This document shows positions 21,221-34,740 of a DNA stretch of 64,000 bases, in pieces (the first letter of the stretch is position 1; every line of letters starts with the position of its first letter). The translations under genes and the position numbers were made by a program. The notes below the pieces were generated by a model. That model searched no databases and was not told where the DNA came from. It saw only the letters and a program-made list of their open reading frames with translations. The stretch is taken from assembly GCA_037379345.1 (NCBI GenBank), contig CM074517.1, forward strand, positions 35,898,001 to 35,962,000. Reading direction: 5' to 3'. Source of the stretch: Perna viridis (taxonomy: Eukaryota).

Positions 21221-22400
21221 AGAGTGATCAAGGGAACCAAGATTCTAGCCGAAATCAAAAGGATGTAATCAAGGAATAAAGACATGGAAAACAGACAATC
21301 ACAACAAAGAACATGAAGTAACTAGAAAAATACATACAAAGTAACAAAAGTAAATGAGCAACTCGGACTCGACAAAAAGAAAAACTGGGAGCATGGGCCA
21401 GGTGTATCCCACCGAGTTGCTCATAAAAAGGCATGTCCGGGGTAGACGAAAGAGTAAAGGAAAACTATGGCACGTTGAACAAATCAGTTTTCATGGTGCC
21501 GATGGATACACCGTAACAATCCACGAGTTCATAATGACAATCATAAAACTTCTGCAGTGACGACTTCAATCTTGTAGCAAAATAAACCTGTTCCATAAAC
21601 CTAATTGTAAAAAGTCTAGCACGATACAAAAAAGTCTGCATAATCACCGCAAGCTCTGACATAACGTACTAATCATGTGATAAACTCCATACGTAGGTGC
21701 TGAAGGGATGGTACCACATATGAAAGGAAAGTTGACAATTCTGAATGAAAAGTCATCACGTTTGTCGTAAAGTTTGGTCAATACATTGCCATCTACTTGT
21801 GAGTCAAGATATGAGGCTGACCTTATAATGTCTGTAGTATCCTATATCTCAAGGTCTTTGGATAGATGCGATGTATCAAATCCCCAGAACTTGCATTGTT
21901 TAAAGAAAATACACATCATATATATAGCGGAAACTGAGATTAACGGATCTAACCAAACGATATTCTTTCTTTCGGATCAGATCAGCTATAAAGTCAGCCT
22001 CATAATGATGAAGAGAGAGTTGTACAAGAGTAGTCAAGGGAACTAAGGTTATAGCTGTAATCAAAAGAATGTAATCCAGGGACAGAAACCATACATGGAA
22101 AACAGACATACACAACAAAGAACATAAGTAACTAAATCATACATACAAAGTAACAAAAGCAAATGAGCATCTCGGACTCCATTAAAAACTGGGAGCATGC
22201 ACAAGGTGCACCGGTAGGGTAAGCGTCCTCTGCTTTTTTTAGAAACACACGCCGAGTTGTTCACAAAAAGTCAAGTCCGGGGTAGAAGGAATAAATCATC
22301 AAATAGAGGAGCACACTTTGTTCGCATTGGAATGCAGACCGTTTGATGAAATGTGCGTCCACCACACCGGACAAATATGTTGTCGACCAAAAATTCAAGC
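21221..22400 (-). mobile_element. Older Naiad-like fragment with a second 3'-end copy (22027-22286) nested inside
   Basis: 21221-22003 and 22287-22400 are contiguous in the long copy (junction near 62260); the sequence between them is a fresh 3' terminus. Confidence 0.8.
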
Positions 22401-23574
22401 AAAGATCTTGAGTTGTCTTTGCCATTGTAAAACATGACAGACAAATTGCACTAACATACCAATGAAATAATTTTACATGTTACATATTTATCATCTGCTC
22501 ATATTAAGCATTCAAAACAATTTCCCCTGAAAATATTTTTTGAGGGAATATCATTTCTTCATATCTTATTTTTGCTATACCTTGTTGCATTAAAAAATAT
22601 TGGTTTTATGTAGTTGTAACTTAAAAACAAATTAAGTTTGAATTGTTAAATTGACCATTTGTCCTCTTTGAAACAGAATGCAAATAATCCTACTATAAGT
22701 CTTTATTGTAATTTATTTTGTTTCAAGTGACATTTGAATTAAAAGAAATGACATCATTTTTAGAACGAAGAACGGTACATGCATTATCATTGTTGGTATT
22801 GAAAGTACGACTGTTAAGTTTTCTGTTGTATGATGTCAATAAATAGCAAACACTTTTCAGAATAAACGTTTTTAATTAAAGCTTTTGTTACATTGAAACT
22901 TTCACGCATTTGAATCATTATGCAACTTCCTTATCAGAGACATCTTAATTAAAAGCGAGAATTTAATGGCGACGAAAAACTGCACAAGTTAATTGGAGTA
23001 TTTGATTAACTACATAAAATAAATGCAAAATTACAAATTACCACCACATTTCCTTATGTAACTTCATAGGCTTGTGATCAATCTTGACAAATATTATACA
23101 ACAAGCATAAGAGCTAATCATTATTTACGATGCTGTCTTTCTGTCTTAATATTTTATGCATTAAGATAGAAATAGTAAAGAAACACCAACACTCATGCCT
23201 ATCAAACTAAGATTAACTACTTCAAACAAATTGTAAAATCACAAAAAGTCTTTCTTGACAGTCTTTTTGTTTGTGAAGTAAACTTACAATATTATAATAA
23301 ACCAGAGATAGCATTTTATGGTGATCGATCGAAATTGTTCAAAGGACAAAGGACTGTATCTTCTTAACTGTAAATTCAAAATATATAATAATGGATGTTT
23401 GACTTGCATTTTATAGTTCAAATCATTGAGACTGAGAATAGTCTAGCTGGCGGTGCGTATAACTATGCTTTGTAATTTATTTTTAAAGAAAAATGTATCA
23501 GTGATAAAAACAAGATGTATCACCTCGTGGCAATGTTTGAATATCCTCTTTTTCGGATGGAATGGGGTGATCGA

Positions 23575-23797
23575 TGCTCTTTCCAGAAACATAACCATGA
23601 TTACCCTACTGGGGCACCTGGACCATATTCCCAGTTTTTAGTGGAATCCAAGTTGCTCATTTATTTTTGTATCTTTACACGTGTTATTTTTGTTATTTCA
23701 CGTTCTTTATTGTGTATGTCTGTTTCCTTGTCTGGGTTTTACACTCGAAGTATATTATTTTCATTTCCGCTATAAAATTTTGTTCCATGATTACTCT
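23575..23797 (+). mobile_element. Degenerate Naiad-like 3' end
   Basis: TTACCCTACTGGGGCACCTGGACC...GTTGCTCATT...GATTACTCT. Confidence 0.7.
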
Positions 23798-24196
23798 ATC
23801 CGACAATTATTACAGGTGAATACAGGTGAATTATTTTTTAGTATTATAATCTCAGGAATAAAATGTCAAGAGCACTTATTTTGTTTGATAGCTTGCATGG
23901 GAGTTTTAACATAACCGTTTCTCCGGTAGCTTCCACAATTATTTTCTCTTAGCTTTGCATTTTATCGACTACTTTTATTCAGAAAATAGAAACGATGATA
24001 AATTAATCCATACCATTTTCATTGCGGTTAATTTTGTTTATGTGGATTCTGAAGCAAAATAATTGTCCATTTTCAAATTCAAGAAACACGTTATTTACAG
24101 CAAAGTGTCACATACCAAAATTGCAAGATTTCAATTTAAAGTTCGTTTCAACTGTCGTTTTGATTTTGTTGTTGTTGCAAACGAATGATATGGCTT

Positions 24197-24480
24197 TCAT
24201 AGTTTTCCTTTCCTCGTTTGTCTACCCCGGACTTGACTTTTTTGAGCAACTCGGCGGGTGTTTCTAGAAAAACAGAGGACGCTTACCCTAGTGGTGCACC
24301 TGGTCCATGCTCCCAGTTTTTAGTGGAGTCCGAGTTGCTCATTTACTTTTGTTACTTTGTATGTATGATTTTAGTTACTTTATGTTCTTTGTTGTGTATG
24401 TCTGTTTTCCATGTCTGGTCTTTGTCCCTGGATTATATTCTTTTGATTACCGCTATAACCATGGTTCCCTTGATTACTCT
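24197..24480 (+). mobile_element. Naiad-like 3' end
   Basis: Near-identical to the reverse complement of 61428-61711. Confidence 0.88.
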
Positions 24481-25000
24481 TTCATAGAATATCAAGATCA
24501 TGTGGTTTATATCTGAAATTTAATGGAAAATGATGATTTTTTTAAATATTCTCTAACATAATCATCACAATGTGTTTCTCTTTCTTTTTCTAGTGCCGAC
24601 TATTTGATTTGTAATAATGATTATGACAACCTCTGATTACTTTTAGTTAGTTTTACATGATATCTAATTTTGTTTTCTATTGCATACTTTAACAACCTTT
24701 CAAAATTCTCGCATCCTTTTCTTATGAATAAAATTGTTTTCTGAATAATGAGAGTTCATTATAAGCTGTAACTTTTAAAGTTTGTTTTACTTCAAAGTCT
24801 ATGAAACGCAAAAACTATTACTCAGAAAAATGTCCATACCAGTGATTTTCTTCCAAATGTTGAAAAAAATAACATTAAGATTACTTAATTGGATATATTT
24901 ATCTCTTTTGCAATGTCATTTTTTCACTATACGTCGACGCAATTATCCAGCCTTATCCAGGTGTTTCTGCTGTGACGTTCGCACCGGCCCCGAGTATCCC

Positions 25001-26242
25001 AAACAAGAGGCTCCCATGAGCCAGAATCGCCCACCTGGTTGAATTTGGCCTTTCATATGCAAACAAGAAGTTGTCCAACAATTTTGACTCGAGAAGTCTT
25101 TGGTAGGGCTTATCATAAGGATCATTTCAACAATTGAAAGTTTCTTTTAATTCATCATAGTTTTCAAGATATTGACGGAAAACTTTTTAACAAAGTAATT
25201 TTTCCCCTTTCAAGGGCAATAACTCTTACAAGAAGTTATCTGGCAAATTTTATCCCAGAAGACTTTTGTAGTCCTAATAATAAGGATCATTTCATCTATC
25301 GAAAGACTTTGGCTAAAACTAACGGTTTTGGAGATATATGCGAAAATCTTCTGTCTGACCCTATGTTATATTTTTAGTAACGGCGGCTATGTTTTTCGAC
25401 GAATCAAAAATCCCCACATCCATCAGTTCTATGCAGGATACCCCAAGGAACATTCATAACAAGTTTGGTCTCAATTGGTCAAGTAGTGTCAGAGGAGAAG
25501 ATTTTTGAAAGAAATAACATTAAAAATAGCAAAAATCGTTGAAAAAGGGCAATGACTCCATCATAGCTTAACGGATTAATAAAACCAAAATTTAACCAGA
25601 GTTAGATCTCATCATGCTGAACACTTTTATTCTGTCAGAATTTAGCTAAACCTAACGGTTTTGGAGATATATGTAAAAAAAAAAAAAAAAAACAACTAAT
25701 GTCTGACCCCTATGTTCTATTTTAGTAACGGCGGCTATGTTTTTCGACGAATCAAAAATCCCCACATCAGTTCTATGCAGGATACCCCAAGGAACATTCA
25801 CAACAAGTTTGGTCTCAATTGGTCAAGTAGTTTCAGAGGAGAAGATTTTTGAGAAAAAAAACCATTAAAAATAGCAAAAATCGTTGAAAAAGGGCAATAA
25901 CATGGCTTAACGGATTAAAAATCAGAATTTAACCATACATATATATCATCATGCTGAACACTTTTATTCTGTCAGAATTTAGCTAAACCTAACGGTTTTG
26001 GAGATATATGTGGAAAACTACTGTCTGACCCCTATGTTTTATTTTTAGTAACGGCGGTCATGTTTTTCGACGAATCAAAAATCTCCATATCAGTTCTATG
26101 CAGGATACCCCAAGAAACATTTACACCAAGTTTGGTTTTAATCAGTCCAGTAGTTTCAGAGGAGAAGAGTTTTGTGTAATTGTTAACGACGACGACGACG
26201 ACGACGGACGCCAAGTGATAGCAATAGCTCACATGGCCTTTG
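25001..26242 (+). mobile_element. Pearl/HINE-like element with an amplified ~335-bp core
   Basis: Begins AAACAAGAGGCTCCC..CGCCCACCTGG; cores start near 25311, 25644 and 25981; (GAC)n microsatellite; GCTCACATGGCCTTTG end, truncated. Confidence 0.8.
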
Positions 26243-26354
26243 TTGCTAAGCATCTACAGAGCGAACCGTCTACTCTCAGTAATGAAATTCTGAACTTGTT
26301 CGAAAATATTTTCATTTTCGTGATCGTTTTTCGAAGGATCACCGAAAAGAAGAA

Positions 26355-27965
26355 TTTTTGGTATTATAATTACTAAGGGTGCCTATAGTTCTTTGTCGTA
26401 AAGCTGTATAATTATGACACTGTAGTAAGAAATGTCTATTATTTTCTACAGATCCACAAGAACAAAATTTATTATCAGTAATATTCCGATTAAACAAGTG
26501 TTCGTTTAGAGCGCTGCAGTTTAATCTTAGTCTGACATGAAGAACTTGAGATTTGCGTTTTCCAAAGTATCGAGGAGGACATTTTATGTTTTTGTTGAGA
26601 TGATTCCTAATAGATTGCTTGGAAGAGTTTTCTCGAACTTCAGCCGGGAGTCCGTTCCACAATTGAACAACCGATGGTAAGAATGAATTTTGATAGAACG
26701 CCGTTCTGCTATTAACAGTTTGAATGTCGTGAGTCCGTCTAGTATTATAATTGTGAATCTGTAATAATTGTTGGGGCACTAAGCTACTTAAATATTCGGG
26801 TGTTTTGTTATGAAACATTTCATGAAATTTTAGAATTTTGTGCTTTTGACGCCTTACTGAGAGTAGTTCCCAACCAGTATCTTCATAAAGGTTAGCCTTA
26901 GACACTAGTTTTGTTCCACCAGTAACGATTCTGGCTACCTCAATTTGTAAACTTTCTAGCTTATCAGCAAGATATTGAGGAATGTTGTCCCAAATTATGT
27001 CCGTATATTCCAAGATGGGTCGTATAAAGTAAATGGTTTGGAGATGTTTACGTTTTAATTTAAACTTCAGACTTCTTAGAACATTAATACGAGGGGTAAC
27101 CTTATCAAATAAGGAGTTTACGTGTGAACACCAAGTACCGTCTTCAATAAAAGTTAAACCAAGATGCTTATGGGTTTCGACTTCCTTTATCAATTCATCG
27201 TTCATATATATAGGGGGATGGTGTGGCTTACTAGTCTTACGGGAGATGGTCATAATTTCCGTCTTTTTTGGATTGAAGTTTACAAGCCATCGTTTAGACC
27301 ATTGGTGAATTTTCTCAACATCAGAATTAAGTAATTCAGATGCTGCATATGGGTTTTCAACAACTATAAATAATGAAGTGTCGTCTGCAAACAATCTTAT
27401 ATTGCATAATATATCACGGACAATGTCATTTATATATACTAAGAATGGAAGGGGTCCAAGTATTGATCCTTGGGGAACTCCTGCTTCTATATTAAAACTA
27501 TCAGATGACTGTCCAGATATAACAACTTTTTGCGTCCTATTCGATAAATAACTCATGAATCATTTTAAAAGACTACCACGTACGCCAATTGCTCTCAGTT
27601 TGAAAATGAGACTTTCGTGTCAGACTCGATCAAACGCTTTGCTTATGTCACAAAAAACTACTCGAATTTCTTTCCCTGCATCTAACGCTTTACCAAACAA
27701 CTCTGTTAAGTGTAATAGTTGGTTTGTTGTAGAATCGCCAGGTTTAAAGCCAGACTGTACACTAGTTATAAGATTATTTCTACTTATAAAGTTGTAAAAA
27801 TGTTTAAAGACGCATTTCTCCATGACTTTACCTAATATTGGGAGAAGAGCGATCGGTCTGTAGTTGTTCAGAAACTCCCTATCTCCACTCTTAAATACTG
27901 GTATAATATTGGCAATTTTCCAACTATTTGGGAATGAACTTGACTGTATGGACTTATTAAAAGGT
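26355..27965 (-). mobile_element. CR1/L2-clade LINE ORF2 fragment (reverse transcriptase and C-terminal CCHC)
   Basis: NYRPIALL, QSGF, DISKAFDRV* (in-frame stop 27620-27622), GVPQGSILGP, LFADDT, CSCG..E...HFLLQC. Confidence 0.92.
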
Positions 27966-30248
27966 CTTTCACATGTTTTATATAAATGATAAAGATGAAA
28001 TGATATTGTATTTGGTTGCAATGATATTTTGACTTCGATTTTTTTAAAGATTTACAAAACATTCATAGTATCTTAGTTTGTCAGTATTTTTTTCATGTTT
28101 TGTTTTTTTCCTTTACGTTCGGGGAGGGGTTATGTGTTTCTCTTTCTTTTAGAGGGAAAGGGCATTTTTTTATTGGACCCATAAACAAAGTTTTTAAACT
28201 GCTCGTATGAATTGTATAAATAATGATTTTTCAGTTTTCATAGCGATCTTTTTCTCATATACTGTTTGCTATAAATATTTAACTATGTATATATTTTGTT
28301 TAATATAACTACATATCGAGAAAACAAAATCAATCAAATTAATCAAATTAATCATTTACCAATAATGGAGTCGTTGTTAGCGAGCGATGCGATCTACAGA
28401 TGACAACAACACGTAATATTTTTTCGTGAACGTCATTTAGATGAACGTAACCATAAACTTTCCTAACAGAGACTTGTAAATGATTCAAAATGGTCTTTCA
28501 ATAAAATAAAGTCCGTAAGTTTTGTTCTATAACATCATTAGCAATCAATTCACGCAGTTGTACCGAACTAGTATTACACAAATTAAAACTGATCGAACTT
28601 TTATTTTTAAATTATCAATGCAAAAGCACCCACGAAACTAAGTTTTATAGATGTTGAAAGAAGATACTCATAATGCAATATCCAATTGAAATATTGTTTC
28701 ATTTCAATACATCAGACAATTTGACTTTGCGTAGATATTCAAATTATGACTAGTATTAGTATCGTGAGAACTTGTTATTGTATCCTTTATTCTGTTCAAA
28801 TGTTAAGAATTGGAATGGTGTTATGGAGTAACACAGACTTAAAGATGACAAAGCGAACATAACAACAGAAAAGTACAAATAGTATTGTATTTTTTACAGA
28901 ATATTTTTTCTTAAATTCATCTGGTTGCATTAGAAATGTCAAATTGTATCTAAAAGGATCGGAGATTAAATAAACCCTCGTTCTTACACATTCTTTTTGC
29001 GTTTAAGATTATCTATATTGGTTTTTATCATTCTTTCAGAAAACTAAGAATACGTATATTTCTATATTATGTTTTTACTATTTCTCTCGTTCAGCTTATG
29101 ATTAAAATAAGGAAATCAATCTATGTACGATGAAGCTGAACCAGATCTCGTACGCATTAGTTCATCATATCTTTGACGGTATAATTATAAAAGATTTTAT
29201 CTGTTCTTATCTATATTTATAAAATGTGTTTTTGTAACCTACAGAGTCTAAGCAGTACCGAAAGTCTTTATTTTCTAAAATCAATTTTGCGATGCATAGG
29301 GTTTTTTTTAGGTTGACCTAGAATGGTTTTGCCCTACCTACTGAGTTGAGTAAAATAAAGCGGGGTGTGTATTGACTATCCAATGCTTTTTTTATTCGTA
29401 CGTTTTTTGGATACCAAAAAGTTTTTGTTGAATTTTTGATTTCGACTTTCAAGAATGAAAAACAGACATGATGTTGATTGTTCAGCAGAAAAATATGTAC
29501 GCATGTTTGTGTAACAAACAATTTTTTCCCTTGTACTATCAATTTAATTCGAAAAATGCACTATTATCTGTAAAAGTTAACACATTAGGCTAACTTACAA
29601 CAGGCGACGAGAATATTAGTCAAATTATCAGGGACTGTGTAATAATCTTATAACTATCATTTCTTTTAATTACAGTAAATAATTTAAAAAAACAATATCA
29701 AGAGTTTTATTTTTACATTTTATGGAGTACTACTTAATCGATTATTTCTCTTTTCTAATTGCCTGGTTAATTGATTAGGATGTTTTTTCGTTGCTTTGAA
29801 AAAAAAAAACATTTTGTTTTACGAGATGCTTCCTTAAATAGATCATTATAACAGACTTATGTTTGATGCTTTGCTTGTTATGTCGATTGATCTGTCGAAT
29901 GAAGTGTAACAACCTACACACATTTATGTTACTCCCTTGAAGACCTGTTATTGCATCTTTGGTTACCGATTATTATGACCTCGTACAAAAGGTCGTTTGC
30001 TTACTATAGCTTTTCAAAACTAGACACCATACTTGATATTTTTTCAGCCCGAAGGAAATGTTCTACTATTTATATAAACTGATCAAATCAATAAATAGTC
30101 GACATATTTTAAATAATATGCCTTGCTAAAACAATAATATAAGCACATATTTATGCATATACAACATATCGAGCACTGATATTTTGGACGATATTCATTT
30201 AGATAAAGTCATCACATTACCTTTAAACAGACAGCATGTAGAAAAATA

Positions 30249-30345
30249 AAATGTGACAGAATGTAAAATATGAAATGTGACAGAATGTAGAAGTACTAAA
30301 CGTGACAAAATGTAGAAATATGAAACGTGACAGAATGTAAATGTA
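30249..30345 (+). repeat. Minisatellite of ~24-bp units, about 4 copies
   Basis: Recurring AAA(T/C)GTGACA(G/A)AATGTA. Confidence 0.8.
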
Positions 30346-30412
30346 TAAATTGGGACACAATAGAGTTTGAAGTGTGACAGATCATAAAGAATGCAGAAAT
30401 ATGATAAATGAA

Positions 30413-31150
30413 AGAGTAATCAAGAACCATAATTCTTGCGGTAATCAAAAGAATGTAATCCATGGATAAAGACCAGACATGGGAAACAGACCTACGCAAC
30501 AAAGAGCATAAAATAACCGTAATAACACTTACAAAGTAACAAAGATAAATGAGCAACTCGGACTCCACTTAAAACTGGGAACATGGACCAGGTGCACTTC
30601 AATCTTGTAACAACATAACCCTGTTCCCGAAGCCTAATTAAAAGAAGTCTAGCGCGATACAAAAAGCTATGTACCGTTGTTTGTATGTGTTCTTATGGAG
30701 TTTAGGAATCCAGTAAATAGACGTTACATCACAATCATCGTCTTTGGTAGAGAGATCAAAAGAGGATAACACAGATTTATGGTTTGCGACTATCTCTTTG
30801 CAGAGTGTTGTAGCAGTATAGGTCTTATTACTGCTATTGTTTTCTACATCTCAACGGCAATATATTTGTCATGTATAGTATAAAATGGTTTTACTACATC
30901 GGGGTGTTTGAAATCTGATGCAGCATTGATATTCATTGACCTTCTTCAAACTTTCATACGTTTCAAAATTTAAGACATATCAGCCTTTACCCACTCTGAC
31001 AGAGAATCTTCTTGTTCTCGTTATATTCATTTTCTTGTGTAGTCTTCGACGGCATCCATAAGTTATAATACCAATTCATGGAGCGTGGTTCGCGGTACTT
31101 GGGAGCTTTAGAAAGAACCTTACGCAGAGACTCGTTTTCAGTGATTAAAA
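30413..31150 (-). mobile_element. Multiply deleted Naiad-like copy (mosaic of the 3' end and RT N-terminal pieces)
   Basis: Segments match about 61428-61615, 61808-61875, 62800-62965 and 63050-63350. Confidence 0.8.
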
Positions 31151-31860
31151 TCTATTGATGATGTCTTGTCCATTAACAACCCTTCTTTTAGTAAATGGTT
31201 ACTTTCAATATATCCACCAGAGCTCTAGATAAAAGAGACTACAGAAACAGCCTGTTCTGCATCTTTTTTGGACATTAATCTCGATTTTGAGAATAGTGGT
31301 CATCTTAGCACTAAGATTTATGATCAAATAGAAGACTTTAATTTTAATATCATAAACTTTTCTTACCTGCGCAGCAATATTCCTTCATCTCCTGCAGATG
31401 GTGTTTATATTTCACAATTAATTCTATACGCTAGAGCAAGTATTAACTACTCTGATTTCTTTGAACGCCATAAATATCTGCGTTACAGACTTCTGAATCA
31501 GGGGTATGAGGAAAAGGTCTCTTACCAAATTGTTTTTTTAGATATCAGTCCTTGGTTGAAAAATACTCAGTTTCTTCTAATGATTATTTTTTGTAAATTG
31601 TTCTTTGTGCTGATGTGACCGCTTATTTACCGATTTTAACAATAACATACAAATGCTTTTTAATCACCAGTGGTATAGTCACGCCGCAATGGTAGAGGAA
31701 GGTTTAGACCGCTGTAAAACCTAGATTTAACCCATACATTTCGTTTGAAGTGCCTGTACCAAGTCAGGACCAGCTGCTCCGGTGGTTGTTTTTGCAAGAT
31801 TTATTTTCGACTTGTCCTGATTATGAAACGGATTAGTGTTCGGTAATTTTGCTGTTATTT
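31151..31860 (+). mobile_element. Second Naiad-like family: RT C-terminus and 3' UTR
   Basis: IDDVLSINN, SFLDINL, TKIYD..EDFNFNIINF..SNIPSSPA.GVYISQL..YARA; the 3' UTR differs from family 1. Confidence 0.8.
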
Positions 31861-32829
31861 AATAGCAAATTCTAAAATCTCAAAAATGTTTATTATATGA
31901 ATAGAATTTCGTCCCAGTAATGATATGTATTTAATTCTTAAAATTCATTGGAGGTTATTAAAACATCAAAGGTAAAATTTCCTATAATCCTTAATACTTC
32001 TGAGTTATTAAGTGATGGTTTTATCTAGACAGAATTTGACTTGCATATTCAAGCATTTTAGTAGAAATAATAATTCAAATTTTGATTATAATAACATTTC
32101 ACATAAAATATTACAAAGGGTAATTGAAGTGAATATCAATATTTTTTAATTTTTTTTATAATACGTAATTGATATTATTTGTGAGGATTGGGTGTCACGT
32201 TACTTTCTAAATATAGAATCTTCGTAAGCAAATAAATGTGCTCCGTTACGACACGTCAATGACTCAATGATTAAAGTACTCATACAAGTCTGCCAACTCA
32301 TTTGTATTGATCTTTTTTCGAAAAAAAAGATCAGAGATTCCCACTGGTGGAGGGGATTTAATACTAGCTAAAATCCAGTGAATCACCTATAATAAAAACA
32401 GGATTCTGTCATCAATTTTTTTTTCTCAGTAACTGTAACCTAGTAACTTAATTGACATTTCTTAAATAAATGTGTGTGGTATTTTATTTTATTTTATTTA
32501 TATGAAGCCTATAAACGTGTTCCACTCTTCGACTATAGTGTTAATTGTTATATCATTTAGCATTTTGACTTCCCTGAATAGCATCAAATAAGTAGGATTT
32601 TAGACATGAAGTCTATTGAAACGATTGATTTTCATTTTTTCGTTAACGATGTATCACAGGAAGTTCCTTTAATTATTTAAATTGGATAAAGAGAAACGTG
32701 AGTCTGTGTGATTTCCTGTTATGACGCGTTTCATTCACTTTTATAATATTTATATTTTAATATGTGATAATCTTTAATTATTGTATATACTATGTTTTAT
32801 CATAATATCGATATGTCTTATGTTGTACA

Positions 32830-33683
32830 AGAGTAATCAAGGGAACCAAGGTTATAGCGGTAATCAAAAGAATGTAATCCAGGGACAAAGACCAGACATG
32901 GAAAACATACATACACAACAAAGAACATAAAGTAACTAAAATCATACATACAAAGTAACAAAAGTAAATGAGCAACTCGGACTCCACTAAAAACTGGGAG
33001 CATGGACCAGGTGCACCGGTAGGGTAATCGTCCTCTGCTTTTCTAGGAACAGCCGCCGAGTTGCTCATAAAAAGTCAAGTCCGGGGTAGACAAACGAGGA
33101 AAGGAAAACTATGACCCGTTGAATAAATCAGTTTTCATGGTGCTGATGGATACACCATAACAATCCACGAGTTCATGATGACGACCATAAAACTTCTGTA
33201 GTGATGACTTCAATCTTGTAGCAACATAACCCTGTTCCAGAATCCTATTTGTTAGAGTTCTAGCGCGATACAAAAAGTCTGCGTAGTTTCAGAAAGCTCT
33301 GGCATAACGTATGAGTTGTGATATGAACACTCCATACGCAGGAGCCGAAGGGATGTTGCCACAGATGAAAGGAAAGTTGACAATTCTGAATGAAAAGTCA
33401 TCACGTTTGTCAATAGTTTTCCTTTACCATCGATTTCTAAGTGTAGGTCAAGATATGAGGCTGACTTCACAGTGCCTGTAGTATCCTTTATCTTAAGTTC
33501 TTTTGGGTAGATGCGATGTATCAAATACCCGAAATTAGGATTGTTTAAAGATAAGACGTCATCTATATAGCGGAAACTGAGATTGAAGGATCTAGCTAAA
33601 CAATATTCTTTCTTTCTGATCAGATCAGCTATAAAGTCAGCCTCATAAGAGTGAAGGAATAGGTCAGCTAGTAAAGGTGGTAC
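32830..33683 (-). mobile_element. Naiad-like 3' fragment (~850 bp)
   Basis: High identity to 61428-62285; RYIDDVLSLNN is readable. Confidence 0.9.
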
Positions 33684-33834
33684 AAGTGGTGAGACTTTAA
33701 TAAAATATGGAATCTGAATCTGAATCCATTAATTACGTCATGCTAGTTGCTAGAAAACTCAAAATCATAATAAAACTAAGCACGTCACATACATTGACAA
33801 GGGACGGACAGGGGACAATTTATGAATGGCAATA

Positions 33835-34012
33835 ACAAAATTACCGAACTGATAAAATCTAGACAGTAGTCAAAAGGAAAGTCCATATAACAAATGGCAA
33901 TATCATGGTAAAAACGGGAAAGTTGGAAACCACCGCAATGGTCCAGACTATGTACAGACATTCAAAATGAAAGGTGGGTTAAACCAGGTTTCATTGCGCT
34001 AAACTACCCCTC
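33835..34012 (-). mobile_element. 3' UTR fragment related to the second Naiad-like family
   Basis: The reverse complement has AAACCTGGTTTAACCCA...TGTCTGTAC..AGTCTGGACC..CGGTGGTT and TTCGGTAATTTTG, resembling 31715-31851. Confidence 0.55.
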
Positions 34013-34677
34013 CATTATATCACTAGCAAAATAATGTAGTAATATTATTTCTTATTGATTTCCATAGTTCATTCAGCACCTTGGATCGTTTGAACCACCC
34101 TAAACTGACACTTTGAAATTTGTAGTATGTTACTTTATGACAAACACTTTTGCATGAAGATTATGGGATTAGCTAATATATCTCTTACCTTATACAATAA
34201 ATTACTGACACAGCATGTGAAAATTATTAGTTGAATAAAATTCCATGTAGGTTCGATTTCCAATAAAATCCTGTAACTTTTGAATACTGTAGTGCTTCAC
34301 ATAGCGGTTCAGAATTAAACCGAAACGTCAAAATCTTAATCAATATAACATAAATATCAAATATTTATCACTAGGGATAAATCCATTATTGTAACCTTTT
34401 CAATATCCGTAGAATCGATTCCATGCTCTTCAAGTACGATGAAAATAACATCATTTGAAATTCATACTCGTGTATGAATGTTTGTATTGACAACAACGAC
34501 AAAAAAGTATATGCAACTGGTAAACGAGGCTAGCCGTTTCTTTAAACGTCATTTATGTACAATTTTATCCATTGTTACTAATTTTTCGAGCTTTTTATGT
34601 ATATATTGTTCAGATGACAGGCAAGGATCCAGACGTGGTGTCATTGTGCTAGTATAGCAGGAATCGTGATATTTTTA

Positions 34678-34688
34678 ATTTTCTTTTT

Positions 34689-34720
<32 letters not shown>

Positions 34721-34740
34721 TTTGTTGTTGTTGTTGTTTT
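34678..34740 (+). repeat. Poly-T / (TTG)n simple repeat
   Basis: Directly visible. Confidence 0.9.

Noticed and set aside
24218-24516. Recurrent small hydrophobic ORFs ([17 protein letters not shown]..., [15 protein letters not shown]...) that look like a membrane-peptide family
   Set aside because: They are translations of the repeated Naiad-like 3' UTR and are disrupted at random among copies.
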